A model generated the notes under the pieces. It had not been told where the DNA came from and made no database searches. It saw only the letters and a list, made by a program, of their open reading frames with translations. From a virus (taxonomy: Duplodnaviria; Caudoviricetes), in IMG/VR virus record IMGVR_UViG_3300010331_000037, positions 1 through 25,532 of that record: a DNA stretch of 25,532 nucleotides; one strand, 5' to 3'. The translations under genes were made by a program, and so were the position numbers. This document shows, piece after piece, positions 17,293 through 25,298 of this stretch; position 1 is the first letter of the stretch; the number at the start of each line of letters is the position of its first letter.

Positions 17293-18096
17293 ATGGCAGT
17301 TTCGATTGTGGCATCGGTCCTGACTGGTACAGATCCGCGTCGTGTCCAAGTGGTTGTTTCTGGGGTCGATGACGGTATTGAGTTCACGGTCGCGGGGACT
17401 ACATCGGATGGTTCTTCGTGGTCGGTGCCTGGTGGTGTGGGGGTCTCATCGGGAACACAGGTCGTACTCATTGATGCGAGGTCCGCGTTGAACGTGCCGG
17501 TGACGTATCGCGTCACGGTGGGTGACGAGGTGTATGTTGCACCACCGGTAACGGTGACCTACACGTCAGATTTTGTGGTTCAGGATCTGCGCGGCAATGT
17601 GGTGATTCCTTTCGAGTGGGTTGATAACGGAGATCCTCGGGAGCCTGAGGCTGCAATCCAGTTGACGAAGATCCCTGGGCGGCGCAAGAAGGTCGGTCGT
17701 ACTGACATCGGGTCCGATGGTGGTGGGTCGTGGCAGATCCTGACTACGGCGGAGAACACCAAGAAGCTCCACGAGTTGGTAGTCGCTTCGGCCCCGGTCG
17801 TAATGCGGTCGAATGGTCAGATCCGGGATATTGCGGCGGTCGAGTTGGTGTTGATTTTGCGTGCCCCGAATCTGCTATTTGCTGGTGATGGTGGGGTATC
17901 GACGCGTCGCGTTTGGTCGCTGTCTTACGAGCTGCAGGATGACCCGGAGCCTTACACCGCGCTCATCGTGATCACCGTCGATGACTTGGTGGCGTTCTAT
18001 GACACGGTGACGGTCGACGACGTCGTTTCCGATTTTGCGGGTCTCACGGTGGATGACTTCGCGGCGTTTGACTGGAAGTCGGTGCGTGATGCGTGA
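17293..18096 (+). CDS. Minor tail protein (distal tail-like)
   Basis: Directly after TMP; D...ALNVPVTYRV beta-rich N-terminus. Confidence 0.75.
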   Translation: MAVSIVASVLTGTDPRRVQVVVSGVDDGIEFTVAGTTSDGSSWSVPGGVGVSSGTQVVLIDARSALNVPVTYRVTVGDEVYVAPPVTVTYTSDFVVQDLRGNVVIPFEWVDNGDPREPEAAIQLTKIPGRRKKVGRTDIGSDGGGSWQILTTAENTKKLHELVVASAPVVMRSNGQIRDIAAVELVLILRAPNLLFAGDGGVSTRRVWSLSYELQDDPEPYTALIVITVDDLVAFYDTVTVDDVVSDFAGLTVDDFAAFDWKSVRDA

Positions 18097-19276
18097 CGGT
18101 GCACCTGATGAGGTGTTGGCCGGGGTCTGTGGGTACCGCACCGAGATCGCTTCGTGGCTGGGTTCGACGCTGTTGGCGTCGGGTATCCGCCCTATCAACG
18201 GTTCGGCGGTGTGGTCGCGGCGTCGCAACGTGAAGGACTCCATCTCGTTTGAGGTGAAACGCCTCGTCGATGGTGTGGACTGGGCGCCGCGCGGGGACAT
18301 GCGGCACCCGTTGGCCGCGGCAGGCCAGGTGCTCGAGCCTGTGGCGATCGTGACGTCGGTGGTGACGGGGATCGAGTACCGGACTCCGTTGGGGCGTTTC
18401 ACGATTGAGGATGCGGTACCAACGACGTCGGGCACGGTTGCTGTGACGGCGTATGGCATTGAGCAGCGGGAAGTAGACGAGACGATCCCGTCCCCGTTGA
18501 CGCCACTCGATGGTGGCACCTTCGCGTCGGAGATTCGACGTTTAATGCCTGTAGGCCTCTCAGCGTCGATCTCGGCGTCTTTGGTGGACAGGCCCTGCCC
18601 GACATACATGGTGCATTCCGGGAGCCGGTTCAGTTCGATTGAGGCCCTCTTGTCAGCGTGGCCAGCAATCGCACGGCCTGACGGGAACGGTCAGTTGCGT
18701 ATCGATCCGCCGAACCCTACGACGCCGAGCCCAGTCATGGTCTTGTCAGATGGCGAGCGGTCGCCTGGGAACCCGTTGCCGATTGTGGTGAGCGCGCCGA
18801 TGGGGTCCTCACGGTCAGAGATTTTCAACCGGGTCATCGTAAATGGAACACAGACTGATGAGTCGTCGAAGCCTCCGTTCCAGAAGATCGTGAGCCAGAC
18901 GACGGGCCCGTTCGCTGTGGACCCGGAGGGGTTCGGCACGAAGGACACCACAGTCACGTCGGCAGCGATCACCACCGTGGAGCAGGCCGCGGCCGTAGGT
19001 CAAGCAGTCCTTGACGCGAGCATTCGCTCAGCCATCGTTGTCCCTGTGGAGATGGCTTCGGATCCGCGCCTCGAACTTGATGACCCCGTGGGCGTGCGTA
19101 GTGATCAGTTGCTGGAGGAGATCACGTCTATGCGCACTTTGTGGGGCGTCTCAACCACGTTCGAGCCCACGGGTGAATGGGGTCAGGACCTGGTGGGCTA
19201 TGTCGAGGGCATCCAGTTGCCATTCGTTTACGACGGCGGTTCGATGCGTATCGATGTGGCGGTGGTCCCATCATGA
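18089..19276 (+). CDS. Minor tail protein (baseplate hub-like)
   Basis: ATG 18089 overlapping the previous gene; PLAAAGQ...PLGRF...SRSEIFNRVIV...DPRLELDDPV. Confidence 0.8.
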   Translation: MRDGAPDEVLAGVCGYRTEIASWLGSTLLASGIRPINGSAVWSRRRNVKDSISFEVKRLVDGVDWAPRGDMRHPLAAAGQVLEPVAIVTSVVTGIEYRTPLGRFTIEDAVPTTSGTVAVTAYGIEQREVDETIPSPLTPLDGGTFASEIRRLMPVGLSASISASLVDRPCPTYMVHSGSRFSSIEALLSAWPAIARPDGNGQLRIDPPNPTTPSPVMVLSDGERSPGNPLPIVVSAPMGSSRSEIFNRVIVNGTQTDESSKPPFQKIVSQTTGPFAVDPEGFGTKDTTVTSAAITTVEQAAAVGQAVLDASIRSAIVVPVEMASDPRLELDDPVGVRSDQLLEEITSMRTLWGVSTTFEPTGEWGQDLVGYVEGIQLPFVYDGGSMRIDVAVVPS

Positions 19277-20100
19277 GTAGTTCAGCATTGGACGACATCC
19301 GGGAGGTATCTCAGTTCCCTCGGGGACTGCCATTGAGTGCGGACTCACGCATGGTAATCCAGGGAATTCTCGTTGAGATCAACGAGCTGGGGAACCGCGC
19401 AATCGTGTCGATCGACGGTGCACCTCGTGTCCCAATGATGGCGGTATCGACTGGTATCTACGTTGAGGGAGAGATCGTCAACGTGCTGCGCAATCCGTTT
19501 GGTGGCGGCGATCAGTACATGTGCCTGGGCCCTGCTGGTGGCGACACGGCCGACCTGCCTACCGCGCCTGAGGTTGGTGCGACGACTGCGCCGACGACGG
19601 TCACGCTACGACCTGAGTGGACTGGAACGTGGGATGCAGATTCAGGTCGATACGACAACTGGAACGTATCCCGAACCGAATACGGCGGCCGTTCGACCCT
19701 GTATCAGGGTGATCGATTTGGGTCAGGCCCCCTCACCGGTCTAGCTACCTACGGAAACCAGATAGTAGCTCTCGGAGCGTCGGAGATCACAGCAATGTTG
19801 GTCACGCTTCGCGGCGCGGGGCTCGCATTGGATTTGTATCCAGCGGTCAAAGTACAGGCAGCGACGAACGGGGCTGCCTCGAGTGCGCCATCATCCGCGG
19901 GCACGGTAGTAACTGGCGCACCTGGAAAGTCGGGTGTTGTCCAGGTAGCCCTCGATGCATCGGTATTCGCCGGGTACCGCGCGGGAACTTACAAGGGGCT
20001 CGCACTGGTCGGCGTTGGCTATGCGGAATACAACGCGGTTCGCGGCACATCAGACGCTGATGGCATGGCTCTCACCATCACCTACACACGGCCCATCTAG
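19273..20100 (+). CDS. Minor tail protein
   Basis: ATGA coupling at 19273; LYQG...GLATYG...GLAL...LTITY pattern typical of actinophage tail proteins. Confidence 0.75.
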   Translation: MSSSALDDIREVSQFPRGLPLSADSRMVIQGILVEINELGNRAIVSIDGAPRVPMMAVSTGIYVEGEIVNVLRNPFGGGDQYMCLGPAGGDTADLPTAPEVGATTAPTTVTLRPEWTGTWDADSGRYDNWNVSRTEYGGRSTLYQGDRFGSGPLTGLATYGNQIVALGASEITAMLVTLRGAGLALDLYPAVKVQAATNGAASSAPSSAGTVVTGAPGKSGVVQVALDASVFAGYRAGTYKGLALVGVGYAEYNAVRGTSDADGMALTITYTRPI

Positions 20101-20109
20101 GAGGCTTAC

Positions 20110-20754
20110 ATGACTCTCGACGAACACGGACACGCTGTTCTCGCTGGCAGCCGTTCAGTCGACCCATCCGACTGGTTCCGTAAGTTCTCCGTATCGCTGT
20201 ATGACCCGATCCCTGTGGGCGATGCCGCCGCGCAGACGTCCGCGCTTGCCACGCTCGCGGCATTGTCGCCGGCAGTGGTGCCTTCGGTGTCGTCACCGGT
20301 CTTCTTCTTCCGTGCGGATGCGAATCCCAGGGAGCAGTTCGAGGTGACGACCGATGGTTCGACGTTCCAGAAGTACATCGCCGCGGAGACGGTTGTTGAC
20401 ACGGGCGCGGGGGGTGGCTCAATCGGAGCAGCTGCAGCGTCATCAACGGATCCTGCTCAAGTAACGCTGAGCGCCGGATCGTGGCGCATCGACGTGCAGA
20501 CTCTCTTGACGCTGAACCCTTCAGCTATTCGGTCGATCTACCTGGCCTTGTATGACGGAACATCTGACCTCGACACGTTCAGAATCAACGCACAAACCGA
20601 TTGGGGCATCGGTCACTTCATGGCGACGGGACACATCACGCTCGCGTCATCCAAGACCATCAAGATCCGGTACGTCGCATCAGCCACTGGAGGCACGCAG
20701 GCGGTCGGTGCTGAACGGCTTGTGGCGACGCGGATTGCGAAGGCCTCATCATGA
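20110..20754 (+). CDS. Minor tail / receptor-binding candidate
   Basis: AGGAGG RBS; last gene before lysis; beta-rich C-terminal domain. Confidence 0.6.
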   Translation: MTLDEHGHAVLAGSRSVDPSDWFRKFSVSLYDPIPVGDAAAQTSALATLAALSPAVVPSVSSPVFFFRADANPREQFEVTTDGSTFQKYIAAETVVDTGAGGGSIGAAAASSTDPAQVTLSAGSWRIDVQTLLTLNPSAIRSIYLALYDGTSDLDTFRINAQTDWGIGHFMATGHITLASSKTIKIRYVASATGGTQAVGAERLVATRIAKASS

Positions 20755-21422
20755 TTCTCACCGGCACTCTTGCCCAAGCCTCCGCGACCGCAAAGGTCGG
20801 ATCGACGATCGTCTACGGCATGTGCCTTAGGTACACGCGCCAGTGGTTCGGGGTCGCGAGTAAGTACCCGACCGCGGCTAGTGCTTGGAGCCACGCCGCA
20901 CACAAGCACCCGGGAGAGATGCCTCCCAGCGGCGCTGTGGTGCCGGTGTGGTTCAAGTACACGAACCCTGCCGGCCATGTTGCCATGCGCCTGTCTGACG
21001 GCTCCGTGGTGACCGTGAACGGGTTCAAGGTGTCCAGGTTCAGCAGCATTGCCGCTATGACATGGGCCGGGTTTGGTGCATATCTCGGGTGGGCTGAGGA
21101 TCTGAATGGTGTGCGCGTCTACACGCCAGCAACCCCGGCCAGCAACACAACCACACCTACCGCAACGTTCACACCCACACCAATCAAAGAAGACGAGGAT
21201 ACGGACATCATGGATTTCTGGACAACGGGCCAAAAGGAACAGGACGGCGGGGGCGCGAAGGTCTTCGCGGGTGGCGATCGGGGCCAGTGGATCCACATCT
21301 CTGGGCCGTCGTTTGCTGCACGCTCTAAGCGGGACTCGACCATCACCGCCACCGTGGTGACAAGTGAAGAACTCGAGGCTCTTGCCCAGGACGCAGCAAG
21401 CCTGCGGGCCTTGCTCAGGTAG
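20751..21422 (+). CDS. Endolysin (CHAP/NlpC-P60-like Cys-His peptidase plus C-terminal domain)
   Basis: GMCLRYTR...TAASAW...VPVWF...GHVA...YLGWAEDLNG, then a Pro/Thr linker. Confidence 0.8.
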   Translation: MILTGTLAQASATAKVGSTIVYGMCLRYTRQWFGVASKYPTAASAWSHAAHKHPGEMPPSGAVVPVWFKYTNPAGHVAMRLSDGSVVTVNGFKVSRFSSIAAMTWAGFGAYLGWAEDLNGVRVYTPATPASNTTTPTATFTPTPIKEDEDTDIMDFWTTGQKEQDGGGAKVFAGGDRGQWIHISGPSFAARSKRDSTITATVVTSEELEALAQDAASLRALLR

Positions 21423-21430
21423 GGGCGGCT

Positions 21431-21757
21431 GTGGACTGGACACAGGTCGTGGTCGCCGTCATCGCCGCCTGCGCGTTGATGGTCTCAAACCGTCAGGCGA
21501 AACGCTCACGCACGACCGCCACCCAGGTGCGCGAGATCCACGAAGAAGTGAAGAACACCCACACCACGAATCAACGAGACGACATCGACCGGGCGATGGC
21601 TGCCGCAAGTGCCGCGGATACCGCAGCGAGGGCGGCGAAGTTAGCGGCCGAGGGCGCCCATCGGGAGACCCGCGAGGTGAACGCCCGGCTCGACACGATC
21701 TCGGGGGACATCGAGGACATCAGGGACCGTCTCACCACTCATATCGACGGACGGTAG
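21431..21757 (+). CDS. Lysis-cassette membrane protein (DUF2746-like)
   Basis: N-terminal TM helix; EVKNTHTTNQRDDID and coiled-coil ending RLTTH. Confidence 0.75.
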   Translation: MDWTQVVVAVIAACALMVSNRQAKRSRTTATQVREIHEEVKNTHTTNQRDDIDRAMAAASAADTAARAAKLAAEGAHRETREVNARLDTISGDIEDIRDRLTTHIDGR

Positions 21758-21818
21758 TTCACCACCACAAGTGCAACCCCAAGCCCGACTTGGAACAACC
21801 CTGGAGAAAGGCACCACC

Positions 21819-22391
21819 ATGCAAAGCATCATCAACCGCCTGCGCTCGCGGGCGTTCTGGGAGGAGGCCGGCAAGCGTGCCGCGTCGACGGCGTGGACGG
21901 CAGTCGCCGCACTGGGCCTCGTCGCACCAGCAACTCTGGCGGACGTCGACTGGTACTCGGTGGGCGGCATTGGTGTCGCGGCCGCGGCGGGTTCCACGTT
22001 GTGGTCCCTCGTGTCGATCCCGAGTCCCGACTCGGGCTTGCCGTGGTGGCAGGCGATCGCGTATCGGGCAAGCAAGACAGCGATTGTCTCGTTGGCGGTG
22101 GTCCTCTCTGCGTCAGCGACGAACGTCTTTGAGATCGACTGGGGTCAGGCTCTGTCGGCAGCCGTCGTGACGGCGATGGTCTCGGTGGGAAAGAACATTG
22201 CGACGCCGCCCATTGAGACTGTGTCGACGCTGACAGCGTTTGCTTACGCGTCAGACGTCACAGATGACTCGATGGTTCAGGTCACTCAGACAACCCCGAC
22301 AGGCACCGTTGAGCCGCACGTGGTCAGCGCCGTCCCATCAGTAGCGACGCCCGTCAAGACGGGATCCTCCAAGTTCAAGTCCCGCACGTAG
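21819..22391 (+). CDS. Holin (tandem r1t-like)
   Basis: ATG 21819 after GAAAGG; two repeats of W...RA.xTA...(V/I)DW...S; four hydrophobic segments. Confidence 0.8.
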   Translation: MQSIINRLRSRAFWEEAGKRAASTAWTAVAALGLVAPATLADVDWYSVGGIGVAAAAGSTLWSLVSIPSPDSGLPWWQAIAYRASKTAIVSLAVVLSASATNVFEIDWGQALSAAVVTAMVSVGKNIATPPIETVSTLTAFAYASDVTDDSMVQVTQTTPTGTVEPHVVSAVPSVATPVKTGSSKFKSRT

Positions 22392-22400
22392 CTACACACA

Positions 22401-22457
22401 CAAGAGCGCCCCTCTCCCACCGGTTCTCCGGCTCGGGAGAGGGGCGCTCTTGTTGTG
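22401..22457 (+). terminator. Intrinsic terminator ending the late operon
   Basis: Perfect 18-bp inverted repeat CAAGAGCGCCCCTCTCCC / GGGAGAGGGGCGCTCTTG followed by TTGTG. Confidence 0.85.
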
Positions 22458-22540
22458 CACTAACTAGGGGGATTCCCTTCGTGATGGGTCCACATGTACT
22501 GTGGCGTTGATCTCTCAGGCGCGCACGACCTCTATGCGAT

Positions 22541-22549
22541 TGCTACCGT
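22541..22549 (+). promoter_or_regulatory. Putative extended -10 promoter for the DUF2335 cassette
   Basis: TGcTACCGT (TGnTANNNT) upstream of both cassette starts. Confidence 0.4.
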
Positions 22550-22585
22550 AGAGAGGGAACATGCCGGCGGGGGAGGGCGTTGTAC

Positions 22586-23242
22586 ATGGACGAGGCACAG
22601 GAAGGCGATCGCCATGACCAGTCTGATGGACCTAACGAATCTGCGAGAGAAGAGCCCAATTCTCAGGGGAATCGAGCGCGGGTGGGAGATGGCAATCAGC
22701 CCGGATCCGACGCGGATGCGAGAGCTCGCACAGGAGATCCAGGAGATGGACTCGGTGGGCGAAGTTTGGAACGAAGTGGGACGGCTGCTGTCGGATCAAA
22801 TGGCCGAGGCGGAGACCCCCTCGAGGAGCTCCAGCACCTGACCACAGGCGAGATCAAGGCCGTCGCCTTCACGCACCGTAGCGGGCCACTTCCTGCACCT
22901 GAAGACCTTCTCGAGTATGAAAACGCCGTACCCGGACTCGCCAATCGAATTGTGTCTATGGCTGAGCGGGAGCAACGCACCAAGCAGAAAGCCCTCATGA
23001 TCCCTCTACGGGCGGAAGCAAGCGCCTTCGTGATGTCAACCTTCGCGGTGTCGTTCATGCCGTGGGCATTGTTCGCGCTCGCCGCAGCACTGTTGTGGCA
23101 TGGGGAGCAAGTTGCAGCCCTCATCTCCGGCGCCGCGGGAACGGTGGCTTCTGGCCCCCAAATCATCGCCGCGACCCGCCGCAACTGGGGTCGCCCCGCA
23201 AGCCCGCCATCACGACAACCCGCCGTGAACGCCGACAAGTAG
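22586..23242 (+). CDS. DUF2335-family membrane protein (start uncertain)
   Basis: SGPLPAPEDL..YE...PGLANRIVSMAEREQ followed by two hydrophobic helices. Confidence 0.8.
   Translation: MDEAQEGDRHDQSDGPNESAREEPNSQGNRARVGDGNQPGSDADARARTGDPGDGLGGRSLERSGTAAVGSNGRGGDPLEELQHLTTGEIKAVAFTHRSGPLPAPEDLLEYENAVPGLANRIVSMAEREQRTKQKALMIPLRAEASAFVMSTFAVSFMPWALFALAAALLWHGEQVAALISGAAGTVASGPQIIAATRRNWGRPASPPSRQPAVNADK
22614..22841 (+). CDS. Small protein paired with the DUF2335 gene
   Basis: AGGAAGG RBS; 75 aa; VWNEVGRLL resembles the W..VG..L motif of small partners of DUF2335 genes. Confidence 0.6.
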   Translation: MTSLMDLTNLREKSPILRGIERGWEMAISPDPTRMRELAQEIQEMDSVGEVWNEVGRLLSDQMAEAETPSRSSST

Positions 23243-23255
23243 AAACCACCAGCGA

Positions 23256-23305
23256 AGCGCCCCCTCACACCGCCACCCGGCCGGGAGAGAGGGCGCTCTT
23301 TGTGT
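23256..23305. terminator. Terminator between the convergent DUF2335 and HTH genes
   Basis: AGCGCCCCCTC / GAGAGGGCGCT stem (10/11 pairs) followed by CTTTGTGT. Confidence 0.65.
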
Positions 23306-23343
23306 ACGCCCCGGGGATTCAGGCCGGACGCCCAGGCTGTGGC

Positions 23344-23730
23344 CTACTCGTCACCGAACTCAAGCACGACGCCGGCCACGCGCTCGCGGATCCGCGCGGC
23401 GATCGCGCGGTGCCATTGGGCGGTGTGCCCGTCGTCGGGGTGGGCGGCGTGGAGCGCATCGTCAGTGCGCCACGTCGTCCACGTTCGACTGTTGGTAGTT
23501 CGCAGGTGTGCGACACCGGCGTCGACGCTCATCGCTGCGTCCGCGTCGAGCTTCTGCATGTCGTCGGCGATGCCGGGGGGGATGGGGCTGATGTCGTCGC
23601 CCCATCGGTTGACGGAGCGCTCGTGGACGCCGAGGTAGTCGGCGAGCCAGGCGTTGGTGAGGCCGAGGTATTCGCGGAGGCATCGGAACTCGGCGCCGGT
23701 CATGGTGGGTTCGTCGGTGGTTTCGGTCAT
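23344..23730 (-). CDS. Aca2/YdiL-like (DUF1870) HTH transcriptional regulator
   Basis: MTGAEFRCLREYLGLTNAWLADYLGVHERSVNRW...PIP HTH plus TWRTDD...HP...WHRAIAARI C-domain; AAGGAG RBS. Confidence 0.8.
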   Translation of the reverse strand: MTETTDEPTMTGAEFRCLREYLGLTNAWLADYLGVHERSVNRWGDDISPIPPGIADDMQKLDADAAMSVDAGVAHLRTTNSRTWTTWRTDDALHAAHPDDGHTAQWHRAIAARIRERVAGVVLEFGDE

Positions 23731-23757
23731 CGTCTCTCTCCTTCTGGGGGTGGGGGT

Positions 23758-23779
23758 GGCCCCGGGTTTCCCCGGGGCC
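23758..23779 (-). other. GC hairpin with GAAA tetraloop between the orphan gene and the HTH gene
   Basis: GGCCCCGGG-GAAA-CCCGGGGCC on the - strand, perfect 9-bp stem. Confidence 0.8.
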
Positions 23780-23785
23780 CTCTCC

Positions 23786-24016
23786 CTATGAGTACTTGCG
23801 GACGTGGTCGGCGGCGATCTTGCCCGCCATGTTGCGGAAGATGACCATCTTCGGGAGGGAGAACATCGCGATCGCGGCGACGTCCTCGGCGAGGCTTTGG
23901 GCCATGTTGCGGGCCTTCTTCTCTGCCCGCACGCCGCCATCGATGTGGATCATTCCCGCCATCTCGCCGATGGTGAGGGCCACGTTCACCTCGTGGTCTG
24001 AGAACTTGCTGTCCAT
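23786..24016 (-). CDS. Small orphan protein, candidate anti-CRISPR/anti-defence protein
   Basis: 76 aa; first gene after a strong promoter; AGGGGG RBS; directly upstream of the aca2-like gene. Function is by association only. Confidence 0.65.
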   Translation of the reverse strand: MDSKFSDHEVNVALTIGEMAGMIHIDGGVRAEKKARNMAQSLAEDVAAIAMFSLPKMVIFRNMAGKIAADHVRKYS

Positions 24017-24068
24017 CTGAATCCCCCTGGGGGTCTCGGTCTGGCCTAGTGCCTGACCTCGTACCTAA

Positions 24069-24097
24069 AGTGTATGTCATAAATTATGACACGTCAA
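24069..24097 (-). promoter_or_regulatory. Sigma-A promoter with palindromic operator
   Basis: TTGACG-N17-TACACT; the 17-nt spacer is the inverted repeat TGTCATAA-N-TTATGACA (24075-24091). Confidence 0.9.
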
Positions 24098-24108
24098 GCG
24101 GTGGGGCT

Positions 24109-24951
24109 CTACCCGACGAGGCGCTGGCGAAGGGCTTCGATGGCGGCGCGCGGAGCATCATCACGCGGCTTGGTATACCGCTCGGTAGTGGCGACCGACG
24201 CGTGGCCGAGCAGCTCCTGGATGGTGCGTAGGTCCACACCGTGTCGGAGCAGTTCTGTGCCGAACCCATGGCGCAGCGCGTGGCCTGTCCATCCGAAGGG
24301 CAGTGCCCGGCTGAGAAGTTTACCGACGTACTCCTCTGACAAATGTCCGTGATCATCGCCGGGGAATGCGTATCCGCCTCCAGCGAGGCATGCCGCCCGC
24401 AACGCTCGAGCGAGAGAATCTGTGATCGGCACCAGGCGATCTTTGGCTCCTTTGCCATGAACCCACAGGGACCATCCGTCACGGCCGGGTACCAAGTCGC
24501 TGCGGCCCACCACGGTGATCTCGGCCCGCCGCATTCCTACCTCGAAACCGCACCGCATCATCAGTTGGGTGCGCTCGGGGCGGCCGAGTAGTGCCGCCTG
24601 GTATACGTCGGGCGGGATGGGGTTCGGCGCAGGCATACCCGCGCGCGTCTTGGGGATCGTGTCGACGGGAGAACCATCAATGAAGCCGCGCTCGCCGCCG
24701 TATTGGTAGAAGTGGGAGTAGGAAACGCGTCGGCCGCGGCGGGTCTCACGTGACCAGGCTTGTCGACCGACGAAGTCCATGAGTTCGTGGTCGGTGATCG
24801 TCCACGGGTCGGGGTTGCCGCAAGCGCGCCCGAGCGCGCCTACGTGTTGGACACGGGTGGCAATCGAGGTCTCGGCGTGGCCGCGGGCCCTCAGCCACGG
24901 AATCCACCCATCTATGGCCCCCTGCCACGCACTCGTGAGAGTCCGCGTCAT
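24109..24951 (-). CDS. int: Tyrosine integrase lacking an arm-binding domain (alternative start 25014)
   Basis: Catalytic set GMRRAEI (R), GKGAK (K), HALRH, LGH, TERY; TACGCT 6 nt before ATG 24951. Confidence 0.93.
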   Translation of the reverse strand: MTRTLTSAWQGAIDGWIPWLRARGHAETSIATRVQHVGALGRACGNPDPWTITDHELMDFVGRQAWSRETRRGRRVSYSHFYQYGGERGFIDGSPVDTIPKTRAGMPAPNPIPPDVYQAALLGRPERTQLMMRCGFEVGMRRAEITVVGRSDLVPGRDGWSLWVHGKGAKDRLVPITDSLARALRAACLAGGGYAFPGDDHGHLSEEYVGKLLSRALPFGWTGHALRHGFGTELLRHGVDLRTIQELLGHASVATTERYTKPRDDAPRAAIEALRQRLVG

Positions 24952-25016
24952 GGGCAGAGCGTATAGCCGGGCACCGTTTGCCAGTACCCGACTCGCCGAA
25001 TTACCTGGAGGCATGG

Positions 25017-25298
25017 CTACTCACGGGCCGCCAGTGGACGACCACAGGCCCGCATCCCGGACAACTCGCGCTCGCGCATTCGTCGAGCGCTACGCACAAC
25101 ACGCACAACGTGGAGGCAAGCCTCACGGCTTAGGTCAGCAAACGGGTCATCCGACGAGACGTCTCCGAACGCCCGGTTGAGCCAGCGATTCTCAAGCCAT
25201 TCCGCGCGCGCTTCCACCCATGACGTCGGCGCGTGGGTGATCTCTTCGATCACATCGACGGCGATACGTTTCACCATCTCCACCTCATCGCTGTTCAT
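25017..25298 (-). CDS. Hypothetical protein (93 aa) between the repressor tail and integrase
   Basis: ATG 25298 overlaps the TGA of the repressor-tail frame (ATGA); stop lies 2 nt before integrase ATG 25014. Confidence 0.6.
   Translation of the reverse strand: MNSDEVEMVKRIAVDVIEEITHAPTSWVEARAEWLENRWLNRAFGDVSSDDPFADLSREACLHVVRVVRSARRMRERELSGMRACGRPLAARE

Noticed and set aside
19273-20754. Diversity-generating retroelement or invertible tail-fibre system
   Set aside because: No reverse transcriptase, invertase or template/variable repeat pair seen in the window.
23745-23790. RNA anti-CRISPR (solitary repeat) in the orphan-HTH spacer
   Set aside because: The hairpin is strong but lacks repeat-like flanks (GTG/GTC start; ATTGAAA/ATGAnCC end); kept only as a hairpin.
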